Shown here: positions 25,550-34,680 of the stretch, piece by piece
Layout: the number at the start of each line of letters is the position of its first letter
Position numbering within the stretch: position 1 is the stretch's first letter
Translations under genes and position numbers: made by a program
DNA from: a virus
Virus genome (UHGV): UHGV-0205693
Reading direction: 5' to 3' (one strand)
Length of the DNA: 36,794 bases
The notes under the pieces: model-generated
The model's database searches: none
What the model was told of the DNA's origin: nothing
The model's input: only the letters and a program-made list of their open reading frames with translations

Positions 25550-26001
25550 TGATGATTCGTAACGCCACAGCCGGGGATATCCCGGCGCTTATCGAGTTGG
25601 GGACCCGGATGTATCTCGAGTCCCGTTACTCGCTAAATTCGCCGTTTGACGCGGATAAATGTGCAGAACTGGCGCAGAGCCTGATTTATTCGCCGTCTGG
25701 TTGTGTGCTGGTCGCTGAAAAAGACGGGCATGTGATCGGCTGGCTTGGCGGCGGTATCGCAGAGCAATTTTTCTCCCGCCAGTTGATGGCTTTTGAATAC
25801 GGCTTATTTGTCGCGCCAGAACATCGAGGCGGCAGCGCCGGGCCGCGACTGGCACGCGCGTTTATCGACTGGTCAAAAGAGCACGGCGCCGCCGTTATCA
25901 ACATGGGGATCACCACTGGCGTGCACGCAGAACGCACAGGCCAGTTGTATTCGCGTCTCGGCCTGCAGCAAACAGGCCTGCTTTATTCGATGGAGGTTTA
26001 A
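25549..26001 (+). CDS. GNAT-family N-acetyltransferase (150 aa) in the slot of T7 gp13
   Basis: Acetyl-CoA-binding motif region VIGWLGGGIAEQF...LFVAPEHRGGSAGPRLARAF (motif A, R-x-x-G-x-A/G). ATG overlaps the gp12 stop. Confidence 0.7.
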   Translation: MMIRNATAGDIPALIELGTRMYLESRYSLNSPFDADKCAELAQSLIYSPSGCVLVAEKDGHVIGWLGGGIAEQFFSRQLMAFEYGLFVAPEHRGGSAGPRLARAFIDWSKEHGAAVINMGITTGVHAERTGQLYSRLGLQQTGLLYSMEV

Positions 26002-26003
26002 CG

Positions 26004-26471
26004 ATGTGCACTGGCGTAGAAATTGCCCTGGTGGCGTCCACGGTGTTAGCCGCCGGCGGCGCAGCGTACAGCGGGCAGCAGCAGAAAAAAATGGCGAACT
26101 ATCAGGCTGCGCAGGCTGAAGCTGACGCCGAAGCGTCAAAAGCAGCCGCAAAAGTTGAAGCCGACCGTATCCGTAAAGCCGGGCGTGAACAGGCCGCAGC
26201 GGCTAACGCTTCGCTGGCGGCATCGGGTGTTGAAACAGGTGAAGGTACCGCACTGCGCATCACTTCGGGCATTACCGAAGACGCCGAGCAGGACGCTTAC
26301 CAGACGATCCTTAATGGCGTGAATTCCTCTAACCGTCTGCAATCGCAGGCGCAGGCTGACCGAATCAGCGGAAATAACGCAGCAACGGCCGGTTATATCA
26401 ACGCTGGTAGCTCTTTATTGTCGGGTGGCGCCAAAGCGTATAACGGCTGGAAAACAAGGCAGGGGGCTTAA
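26004..26471 (+). CDS. internal virion protein B (T7 gp14-like)
   Basis: 155 aa, Ala/Gln-rich, N-terminal hydrophobic segment. Position matches. Confidence 0.5.
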   Translation: MCTGVEIALVASTVLAAGGAAYSGQQQKKMANYQAAQAEADAEASKAAAKVEADRIRKAGREQAAAANASLAASGVETGEGTALRITSGITEDAEQDAYQTILNGVNSSNRLQSQAQADRISGNNAATAGYINAGSSLLSGGAKAYNGWKTRQGA

Positions 26472-29186
26472 GTGAGAATACCAACTGGAAATTTCGGCAA
26501 TGTAACGCCGCAGGCGCAGCAAAACCGGGTGGCAGTCAGCAACGTTGGCGCCGTAGGCAATGCCATTTCAGGCGCAGGCGTGGCATTAGGCGAAGCTGCT
26601 GATCTGGAACAGCGCCGACAGGATAAAGCTGAGGTAGCGGCGACGCAGGCTATCCTGACCGATCTGGAAGCTAAATCTAATGACCGCTGGGAAAACCCGG
26701 AGACGGGCGCCACGGTCACGCGTCAGGGCTTTAAATCGTCCGGTGTGGTCACCGATATGGATAAGGCCGACGCTGGCGATTACGAGGAAGCGCGCAAGCG
26801 CGTCCCGCCCAGCCAGTTAAACTATTTTGATGCACAGTGGAAAGCGGGACAGGTACGTCGAACAAGCACCTATAGCGGTTTCGAACGTGCGCAGACTGAG
26901 GAAGCCCAGCGCCAGCAGCTTAACGCGACAGTGACCTCTTCAGTTGAACAAGAGGCCAGCGCCTACGATAACCCGATGCAGGCGGGGCTGATACGCAGCG
27001 CCCGTAAACACTCGATCGAGATGTATGGCCAGGCGCGCGGCTGGCCGCAGGAACGTATCGACGCGGCGGTATCGGAAGCGAACCAAAAAGCGCTGGAGCA
27101 GCGCGCGCAGAACTACGCGGTAACCAATCCCACCGGCTGGCTTAATGGTGATTTTACGCTGGTCAACAGCAGCACCGGCGAACTTGATATGCGCGCCGTT
27201 GGCCTGGTGGAATCCGGCGGCAAGCACCGCAATGCAGATGGTAGCCTTGTTACATCCCCCGCGGGCGCGCAGGGTGAATTTCAGTTGATGCCGGACACCG
27301 GGAAAGAACTGGCGTCTAAACGTGGCGTGGAGTACAACCCGGACGACCCTGTGCAGCATGCGCAGCTGGCGCGCGATTATGCCGGGCAGCTCAGTAAAAA
27401 ATATCAGTCTGAAACGTTGGCCGGCGCTGCATATAATTGGGGTATGGGTAACGTCGATAAGCTGATCGCTAAAGTTGGCGACCCGCGTAAAGGCGAAATC
27501 TCAATGGCGGATTTCGTTAAGCAGCTGCCAGCCGAAACGCGTGGTTGGCTGTCCCGCTACAACAAAAATAAAACTGGCCTCGACCCGGTAGCGGTAAACA
27601 AAATCGACAATATCGCCGAATCGCAGATCCGAGAACAGCGAGCGGCGCTGCGCCAGCAGATGGAGCCCATCGTTAATAATACATTTTCTCAGCTGTACAA
27701 TGGTGATGTTCCCGAAGCGATGCCTAATGCCGAAACCATCATGTTCATGTACGGCGAGAAAGGGCAGCAGGTAGTAAAGCAGCTGGATATCGCGATCGAT
27801 ACCGCCAGAACCTTCCAGGCTATCCAGTACGTCACCCCGGCAGAGCAGCAGGCCGAACTGGCGAAAGTGAAGCCGCAGGCAAACGACCCGGATTACGCAC
27901 TGAAACTCGATGCGTACGGCAAACTTAATGCGCTGGTGCAGAAGAGCAACGCCAATATTCAGGCGCAGCGTGATTCCGCCCGCTTTAACGACGCGCTGAT
28001 CTCCGGCGAGAAACTCGACCCGAGCAACAAATCCATGCAGAAGGCGGCGGACAATACGCCATCGGCGCTTAACTTCCGCATTAACGACGCCACCACTCAC
28101 GACGCTATCGTGCAGCAGGTTAACCAGACGGGCATTATCCCATCGCAAGTTACATCCCAACTGAATGCGATCGCCCGCTCCAGTAGCCCCGACGTGGTTA
28201 AGCAGGGATCGACCTTATTTAACGCGCTATACGAAACTGATCCTGCCTCTGTGGGCGATATGCCAAAGGATATGCAAAGCTTTTACCTGACCGTTAAACA
28301 GCTTACCGATTCCGGTATGGCTTCAGACGAAGCGGTGAAGCAGGCACAGAACGTGACCTATAACCAGACTGACGCCCTGAAATCGCAATTGTCTTCTACG
28401 CAGAGCACGAAGGAATACAAAAAAGAGCGTGCCAGCGCGATGGATTCCGCAGTCAGTAGCATGAAACCGTGGTACAGCTTTGGTGGCCCCGCTGCAGATG
28501 ACCAGAATCCTAATTCAGTAAAATTCCGTAATGACTACCAGTCACTTTATGACATCAATTATCGCAATTCGGGTGGTAATGCTGATATCGCCAAAAAGAT
28601 GACTAATGCCCAGATCACCCGTACCTGGAGCCTTAGCGATGTAAATGGCAGCACTCAGCTTATGAAATATGCGCCTGAAGCGCTCTATAACTACGGGCCA
28701 TCTGGTTGGCAGGCTGCGCAGTGGAAAGAAGAAAAAGAGCGCCTGACCTATGGCGAACGTGGAGAAAAAATTGAAACCAGTCCGACCCAACTGGGGATTA
28801 CATCAGGTTCAGCGCCCGTTATTACATCAAATACCCCAGAATCGAGGATTGGTGGAGAGCTGGAAATAACCCCGGATATTTTTACTCCGCATGATCGTGA
28901 TTACGCGATTATGGTTCGCATAAAAGACAAAGATGGTATCCCCAGAGCACAGCCTTATTACGATAAATTTGGTCGTCCCATGCGCTGGAAACCTGACATT
29001 GAAAAATGGGGACCATATCAAAAAATGCAGCAGGAGAGGGAGCAACAAGGTGAAGAGGAAATATCACGCGGGAAAGATATTCGAGGCTTTAAGGAAAAAC
29101 ACCGCGCGCTCGATGAGCAATATCAGCGTTTGCATGATGACCGTATGAACCGGTTTAAAAAATACTTTTCATGGAGCAATGAATAA
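26472..29186 (+). CDS. internal virion (ejection) protein with a lytic transglycosylase (SLT) domain, gp15/gp16-like
   Basis: VESGGKHRNADGSLVTSPAGAQGEFQLMPDTGKEL is the SLT motif (ES..., GA.G.MQLMP.T). 904 aa. GTG start. Confidence 0.7.
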   Translation: MRIPTGNFGNVTPQAQQNRVAVSNVGAVGNAISGAGVALGEAADLEQRRQDKAEVAATQAILTDLEAKSNDRWENPETGATVTRQGFKSSGVVTDMDKADAGDYEEARKRVPPSQLNYFDAQWKAGQVRRTSTYSGFERAQTEEAQRQQLNATVTSSVEQEASAYDNPMQAGLIRSARKHSIEMYGQARGWPQERIDAAVSEANQKALEQRAQNYAVTNPTGWLNGDFTLVNSSTGELDMRAVGLVESGGKHRNADGSLVTSPAGAQGEFQLMPDTGKELASKRGVEYNPDDPVQHAQLARDYAGQLSKKYQSETLAGAAYNWGMGNVDKLIAKVGDPRKGEISMADFVKQLPAETRGWLSRYNKNKTGLDPVAVNKIDNIAESQIREQRAALRQQMEPIVNNTFSQLYNGDVPEAMPNAETIMFMYGEKGQQVVKQLDIAIDTARTFQAIQYVTPAEQQAELAKVKPQANDPDYALKLDAYGKLNALVQKSNANIQAQRDSARFNDALISGEKLDPSNKSMQKAADNTPSALNFRINDATTHDAIVQQVNQTGIIPSQVTSQLNAIARSSSPDVVKQGSTLFNALYETDPASVGDMPKDMQSFYLTVKQLTDSGMASDEAVKQAQNVTYNQTDALKSQLSSTQSTKEYKKERASAMDSAVSSMKPWYSFGGPAADDQNPNSVKFRNDYQSLYDINYRNSGGNADIAKKMTNAQITRTWSLSDVNGSTQLMKYAPEALYNYGPSGWQAAQWKEEKERLTYGERGEKIETSPTQLGITSGSAPVITSNTPESRIGGELEITPDIFTPHDRDYAIMVRIKDKDGIPRAQPYYDKFGRPMRWKPDIEKWGPYQKMQQEREQQGEEEISRGKDIRGFKEKHRALDEQYQRLHDDRMNRFKKYFSWSNE

Positions 29187-32080
29187 TGCCTATCTACCCG
29201 CAATCCGATGTTCCGCCGAGTGTAATGGACAATGCTCTTCAGGCGCCAACTGGTTTTGATGTATCTCTGCCTGAAGGAACTAACCCGGAGCCACAGCAGC
29301 AACAACCGTCTGTATGGGATGCCGCTTTTCGTCAGAATAACCTGCTCGCCGGGATGTTCCGCCCGGCTAAACAATTTGAGCCGGCGGAGGGGTATAACCC
29401 TTATTCTGATAAAAACGAACTAAAGGGGTACGAACAATGGGGATCCGCCTTTGCGGATTCACAATCCCCAGAGGAAACAGCCTGGATTAAAAACCGGATA
29501 GACGATGAAAACGAAGACCGCCGGGTGCTGTCTGAAGCAGGTGCCGAAGGAACTTTAGCCAGTATAGCCGCCGGGGTTATCGACCCCGTCACAGTCGCAT
29601 CGATGTTTATCCCCGGTGCGCAGGGAAGCCTGGCTGCTCGTATTGGTTCTCAGGTTGCTATTGGCGCCGCCGGTACCGCGCTTAGCGAGGTTGCGCTCAA
29701 TAACGAGCAGTATACCAGAACAGCAAGGGAGAGCGCCGCACACATCACAGCCGGCGCACTTCTCAGCGGTGTATTTGCTACCGCTGGCGCGATGATCACC
29801 CCGTCGGTAAGAAACGCGGCCACCCGTGAAGTGGCGGAGGCGCTCGATAATATGAACGCCTCGCCAACGATTAACAACGCAGCCGATGCCCTGGAGGATA
29901 CTTTACCGAACGGTGGCAGCGTCGGTGCTATGCGTATTCGCGAAGCTACACTGGAAGATCTTACGCCAGTGTCTGGCGGCCCGCTCGGAAAGCTGGCTAA
30001 AAAAGCCGGTAGCTATCTGACGCCGATCACCCGCCTGATGGAATCCCCATCAAAAGAAGCGCGCCGGACAGCGCTGGAGCTGGCAGAGAATAACTTCACG
30101 CTGGAAGGCAACCTGCGCGGTATTGAAACGCCGGTTGCAGCTGAGACGCGCGTACGTGGCTGGCGCCGCGAAGAGGCGGCCGTCGTTACTGCGAATAAGC
30201 AGGCATACACCCAGTACAAAGCCGAAGGCGGTGATCTGGGTTATACGGCCTTCCGTGAACAGGTTGGCGAGGCGCTGCGCAACGGCGACGTGCACGTCAA
30301 TGCGAAAGTGCAGGAAGCGGCGCAGGCAATGCGTACAGTCATTAACCGCGTGAAGACAGCACAGCAGGAACTGGGCTTACTTCCGCCGGATGCCGAACTG
30401 AAAGCGATGGGACAGACCAGCTATTTCCCACGCGTGTACAAGGTAGGGAAAATCGTTAGCGAGCGCGATAAATTCCGCAACATGCTGGTTGACTGGTGGT
30501 CACGCGGTGAGAAAACCATGTCCCGCGAAGATGCCGAAATCGCCGCCGATACCACTATCAACCGTATCGTTGGGGCCAAAATTCCGCAGGAGTTTGCCAA
30601 CGTCTTTATGGTGAAAGCGCCGGGCAGCACTAAATCGCGTACGTTGAGCGTTCCCGATCGCCTGATGAAAGATTATCTGGAGAGCGACGCTAACTACGTC
30701 CTGCAGCGTCATATCCGCGAAGCCTCGGCAGAAATCGAATTAACCCGCACCTTTGGCAACAAGTCGCTGGATTCGCAGCTCGCCGCCATCCAGGACGAGT
30801 ACGACGCGCTAATGCGTTTACGCCCGGCGGAACAGGAAAAGCTGGCGAAAGCACGTGAAGCCGACCTGCGCGATATTCTGGCGCTTCGCGATCGCCTCGT
30901 CGGTACCTACGGTATGCCGGATGACCCATCATCATTTTTCGTCCGCGCCGGTGCTTTCCTGCGTAGCGCCAACTTTGTAACGAAACTCGGCGGCATGACG
31001 GTATCCGCTATCCCGGATCTGGCGCGCGGCATGATGGTTAACGGCTTCAGCAACACCATGCGTGGATATGGCGCACTGATCACCCGCTCGCCGGCTTACC
31101 TCGCCAACCGGGCGGAGCAGAAGAAAATGGCCGTGGGGCTTGAAACCATACTGCATACCCGCGCGCGTACGATGGGGGATCTGGTCGATAGCTCTTCACG
31201 TACGACAGCTGCAGAAGCTGGCATGGAGCGTATTACCGATGTGTTCGGAAAGCTGACCATGATGGGCCACTTTGACGATATGAACAAATCGGTGAATGGC
31301 ATGATCACGTCCGACGGTATTCTGTCCGGCGCGTTCCCTGCGAAGCGCCTGGCAAAACTCGGCATCAATGAGAAGATGGCCGAACGCATCCAGCGAGAAT
31401 TTCAGAAGCACGGCGAAGTTATTCAGGGCTGGCATATCGGCAATTTCGAAAAATGGGATGACCAGTACGCCGCTGGCCTGCTGCAATCTGCTGTGCTGAA
31501 GGATGTAAACAATACCGTTATCACGCCGGGGATTGGTGATACGCCGCTATGGGCCAGTACCCCGTTGGGGAAAACCGTATTCCAGTTTAAGTCTTTTGCC
31601 ACGGCGTCATATAACCGCGCGACGCTCGGCGGCCTGCAGGAAGGTACCGCGCAGTTCTATTACGGTACCGCCTTCCAGATTGGTCTGGGCTCTTTGACCT
31701 ATGCGCTTAAGCAGGCGGCTAACGGTCGGGAAGTTGATTTGACGCCGCAGAAGATGGTTCTCGAGGGCATAGACCGTTCTGGTATCCTCGGCCCGCTGAT
31801 GGAATATAACAACATGGCGGAAAAGGCATCCGGAGGGATGATAGGGTTAGGGCCATTACTCGGCACCGGTACGCAGTCCCGGTACGCCAGCCGCGGCTTT
31901 ATCGGTTCGGCACTGGGGCCAACCTTCGGCCTACTGGATACGGTTACCGATGTGACCGCCGGCGTGCTGAATGGTGACGCTGGCGACCGTGTGCTGCATA
32001 GCGTGCGTACGTTGTTACCAGGTAATAATCTGTTCTGGATCGCACCACTAATTAACCAGGTAGACCCAGGGATGCGTTAA
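29186..32080 (+). CDS. large internal virion / ejection protein (gp16-like), 964 aa
   Basis: Size and position after the SLT-containing protein. ATGA-type coupling. Confidence 0.55.
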   Translation: MPIYPQSDVPPSVMDNALQAPTGFDVSLPEGTNPEPQQQQPSVWDAAFRQNNLLAGMFRPAKQFEPAEGYNPYSDKNELKGYEQWGSAFADSQSPEETAWIKNRIDDENEDRRVLSEAGAEGTLASIAAGVIDPVTVASMFIPGAQGSLAARIGSQVAIGAAGTALSEVALNNEQYTRTARESAAHITAGALLSGVFATAGAMITPSVRNAATREVAEALDNMNASPTINNAADALEDTLPNGGSVGAMRIREATLEDLTPVSGGPLGKLAKKAGSYLTPITRLMESPSKEARRTALELAENNFTLEGNLRGIETPVAAETRVRGWRREEAAVVTANKQAYTQYKAEGGDLGYTAFREQVGEALRNGDVHVNAKVQEAAQAMRTVINRVKTAQQELGLLPPDAELKAMGQTSYFPRVYKVGKIVSERDKFRNMLVDWWSRGEKTMSREDAEIAADTTINRIVGAKIPQEFANVFMVKAPGSTKSRTLSVPDRLMKDYLESDANYVLQRHIREASAEIELTRTFGNKSLDSQLAAIQDEYDALMRLRPAEQEKLAKAREADLRDILALRDRLVGTYGMPDDPSSFFVRAGAFLRSANFVTKLGGMTVSAIPDLARGMMVNGFSNTMRGYGALITRSPAYLANRAEQKKMAVGLETILHTRARTMGDLVDSSSRTTAAEAGMERITDVFGKLTMMGHFDDMNKSVNGMITSDGILSGAFPAKRLAKLGINEKMAERIQREFQKHGEVIQGWHIGNFEKWDDQYAAGLLQSAVLKDVNNTVITPGIGDTPLWASTPLGKTVFQFKSFATASYNRATLGGLQEGTAQFYYGTAFQIGLGSLTYALKQAANGREVDLTPQKMVLEGIDRSGILGPLMEYNNMAEKASGGMIGLGPLLGTGTQSRYASRGFIGSALGPTFGLLDTVTDVTAGVLNGDAGDRVLHSVRTLLPGNNLFWIAPLINQVDPGMR

Positions 32081-32120
32081 CGGTTAGGATATGGAGGATA
32101 AACAATAAGATGGGGATGGA

Positions 32121-32615
32121 TTGATGAGGAATATCACTAAATTTATAGGTGCATGTCTATGTGCCTTATATCTTTCTGGTTGCGCGTCTACAAAATCGGT
32201 TGATGTGGTTTCAACAGAAAAAATAGATGCACCAAAAGTAATTGCGATCTCTGGTAGCAAAGGTTTGTGGGTTAAAGAAATTCAAAAACGATTGCGTAAT
32301 AAAGGATTTACAATTAAACGCTCTGTTAGCCAACAGACCATTATAGAAAAGGAGTCGGTTGATAGGACGGCTGTCTATAGGGATGCTTCAGCGAGATATG
32401 TTTTAGTTCTTGATGGCTATGCCCCTAGCGATTCTTTTCAGCGTTGCGTAGGCGGTGGTGGTTATAAATTCGATTATATAAATGCTGAGTTAGTTGATTT
32501 GGCAAAAAATGAGACAATTTTCTCTTATTCAAACTCCGGTTATTCAGAGGGCTGTCCGTTAGGTGGGACAATATTTACAGATATTGAAAACCTAATGGTT
32601 AACTCTTGGCGATAA
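32121..32615 (+). CDS. AT-rich moron lipoprotein (164 aa, LSGC lipobox)
   Basis: Signal peptide MMRNITKFIGACLCALYLSGCAS with a canonical lipobox. GC content far below the neighbours. Confidence 0.65.
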   Translation: MMRNITKFIGACLCALYLSGCASTKSVDVVSTEKIDAPKVIAISGSKGLWVKEIQKRLRNKGFTIKRSVSQQTIIEKESVDRTAVYRDASARYVLVLDGYAPSDSFQRCVGGGGYKFDYINAELVDLAKNETIFSYSNSGYSEGCPLGGTIFTDIENLMVNSWR

Positions 32616-32647
32616 TTAATAGTTAAGGCGGATGTAGCTCAACAATA

Positions 32648-32662
32648 GTCAGGATTCCGACC
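32648..32662. repeat. GTCAGGATTCCGACC hairpin-repeat copy 3 (33 nt after the lipoprotein moron)
   Basis: Sixteen bp identical to copy 1. Confidence 0.7.
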
Positions 32663-32680
32663 TCAAGCCCGGCACATCAT

Positions 32681-32710
32681 AGCCCTATGGATAACCACGG
32701 GGCTTTTTTA
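32681..32710 (+). terminator. rho-independent terminator (AGCCC...GGGCT followed by TTTTTT) after the lipoprotein moron
   Basis: Stem with an internal TGG/CCA helix and a T6 run. Confidence 0.45.
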
Positions 32711-33057
32711 TGCATTCAGATTACAAAACTCGCCTTACTGCTCTTAGCGATAAGCTCACCGATGTAGTTCTGGAAGAAGCCGATCCGGACAACTGGCCGG
32801 GGGCAGGAAAGGAAATCACAAAGCACACCAAACAGGAACGCGGCGATCGGTACTGGCATAAGAAGAATGCGGCCGCCTCGCTAACCCTGCTGGTAAAAGT
32901 CCATTCACTTATTGGTATGCACACTCGCGGCGGTACGCCAAAAACCGGCGGAGAAGATCCGGACGATGAAGCGTTCCTGTTAGGTCAGCAGGTAGCAGCT
33001 GCTGAGCGTAAAGCGCTGGAAGTCATCGAGAGGCTGCAACACAAAGGCAAAAAATGA
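32710..33057 (+). CDS. terminase small subunit (T7 gp18-like)
   Basis: 115 aa directly upstream of, and overlapping, the large terminase. Weak resemblance to gp18. Confidence 0.45.
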   Translation: MHSDYKTRLTALSDKLTDVVLEEADPDNWPGAGKEITKHTKQERGDRYWHKKNAAASLTLLVKVHSLIGMHTRGGTPKTGGEDPDDEAFLLGQQVAAAERKALEVIERLQHKGKK

Positions 33058-34664
33058 TTTCGTTCCTGGCCTTCTTTTTGATGTGGGCGGAACGGATGAA
33101 TTGGGATGTGCCGGACTGCCACTATAAAGCCTGCCACTGGCTGGAGCATCGCGGAAACCTCGCGGTACTTCGCTGTTTTCGTGGCTTTGGTAAATCAACT
33201 ATCCTGGGCGTTTATAACGCCTGGCGGTATTACTGCGATCGCCAGTACCGTATTCTGCATCAGTCGGAATCCGATACAACCGCCAGAAAGACCAGCCGCG
33301 ATACGCAAAACGTTCTGCGTAATCACCCACTGACGAAAGGTATGTTGCCGGACGGCATCGGTACCATCGAGCAATGGTGGGTAAACGGCGCGCTGGATAT
33401 GCGTAACGCCAGCATGTTCGCAAAAGGCATTCTGTCGAACGTTACCGGCGCCCGTGCCAACGAGTGCCAGAATGATGACGTGGAGGTGCCCGGCAATATC
33501 CAGACTCCGGAGGCTCGCGAAAAACTGCGCTATCGCCTAAGCGAGCAGACGCATATTTTGATACCCGGAGGCCGAAAATTGTTTATCGGTACGCCGCATA
33601 CCCACGATAGCCTTTACGACGAGAAAGAAGCAGAGGGCGCCGATTGCCTAACGATAAAGCTATTCGATAAAGAGCACCGCGTCGAAGCGAAGAAGGCAAC
33701 CAAAAAACGATACCGGATACCGTTCCGCCCGGAATATGTTTTCGTGGGGATCCACAAGGCCGCCAGGCTACTGATCGAGGGTACTGATTACCGATTGACG
33801 GAAGACGGCGTAGAGTTCGCGGCGCCGCCCGAAACGGTCGTGGATTTTTACGCCGGCTGCGCGTGGCCGGGCCGTTTCGATCATGATGAATTACTGCTGC
33901 GTCGTAAAGAATGCCGCACAGTCAACGAATGGGATAGCCAGTACCAGCTGCACAGTAAACCGGTTGGAGAAGTTCGCCTCGACCCTGACCGCATCCGCGA
34001 ATACAAGGTACAGCCTGAAATCCGCTACGCGAACCGCTCTTGTTCGATGTGGCTGGGCCAGACGCAAATCGTCGGTGCTGTCGCCTGGTGGGATGTAGCC
34101 ACCGGCAAAGTTAAGGCCGACGCCTCGGCATTCTCCCTGATTTTCACCGACGCGCGCGGGCATCTGTACTGGCATGTTTGCCAGGGATTAACTGGCGAGC
34201 TGGCAGAGTTTGACGACAACGACAAAATCACCGGCGGCCAGGTGATGCAGATTAAAGAACTGGTGTTGAAGTACCAGATCCCGCTGGTATGCGTTGAGGT
34301 CAACGGCCCCGGCAGCTTTGCCGGGAAGTTGCTGATTCAGGCGCTGAAGGGGACCGGCTGCGGCGTACGAGAAGAGTTCAGCGTCACCAACAAACAAAAG
34401 CGCATCCTCGATGCATTCGAAGCGCCGCTGTCGTCGCGGTTCCTGTGGGCACATACCGACGTGCTCGATGGCCCGATGTACGACCAGATGCGAGACTTTA
34501 ACCCGGCGCTGACTAATCAGCCCGATGACTTTATTGATTCCGGTTCCGGCGCTATCAGCTCAACACCAGTGCGCATTGGTAAATTGGTCGGGATTCCGAC
34601 CGCACAGGCGCGGGAACATTGGCAACCAAACGATGGCGATCACATGGTCGCCGTAGATTACTAG
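33054..34664 (+). CDS. terminase large subunit (T7 gp19-like)
   Basis: LRCFRGFGKSTILGVYNAWRY...ILHQSESDTTARKTS parallels T7 gp19 [21 protein letters not shown]...ILIVSASKERADANS (Walker A). Confidence 0.75.
   Translation: MISFLAFFLMWAERMNWDVPDCHYKACHWLEHRGNLAVLRCFRGFGKSTILGVYNAWRYYCDRQYRILHQSESDTTARKTSRDTQNVLRNHPLTKGMLPDGIGTIEQWWVNGALDMRNASMFAKGILSNVTGARANECQNDDVEVPGNIQTPEAREKLRYRLSEQTHILIPGGRKLFIGTPHTHDSLYDEKEAEGADCLTIKLFDKEHRVEAKKATKKRYRIPFRPEYVFVGIHKAARLLIEGTDYRLTEDGVEFAAPPETVVDFYAGCAWPGRFDHDELLLRRKECRTVNEWDSQYQLHSKPVGEVRLDPDRIREYKVQPEIRYANRSCSMWLGQTQIVGAVAWWDVATGKVKADASAFSLIFTDARGHLYWHVCQGLTGELAEFDDNDKITGGQVMQIKELVLKYQIPLVCVEVNGPGSFAGKLLIQALKGTGCGVREEFSVTNKQKRILDAFEAPLSSRFLWAHTDVLDGPMYDQMRDFNPALTNQPDDFIDSGSGAISSTPVRIGKLVGIPTAQAREHWQPNDGDHMVAVDY
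34587..34602. repeat. GGTCGGGATTCCGACC hairpin-repeat copy 4 (inside the 3' end of the large terminase gene, encoding KLVGIPTA)
   Basis: TTGGTCGGGATTCCGACCGC is identical to copy 2 over 20 bp. Confidence 0.7.
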
Positions 34665-34680
34665 CCGCCGGAGTTCCCTT

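Noticed and set aside
32621-32700. tRNA-like start (GGCGGATGTAGCTCAAC...)
   Set aside because: It cannot be folded into a cloverleaf: no D-stem complement, T-arm or acceptor pairing. The segment instead contains the hairpin repeat and a terminator.
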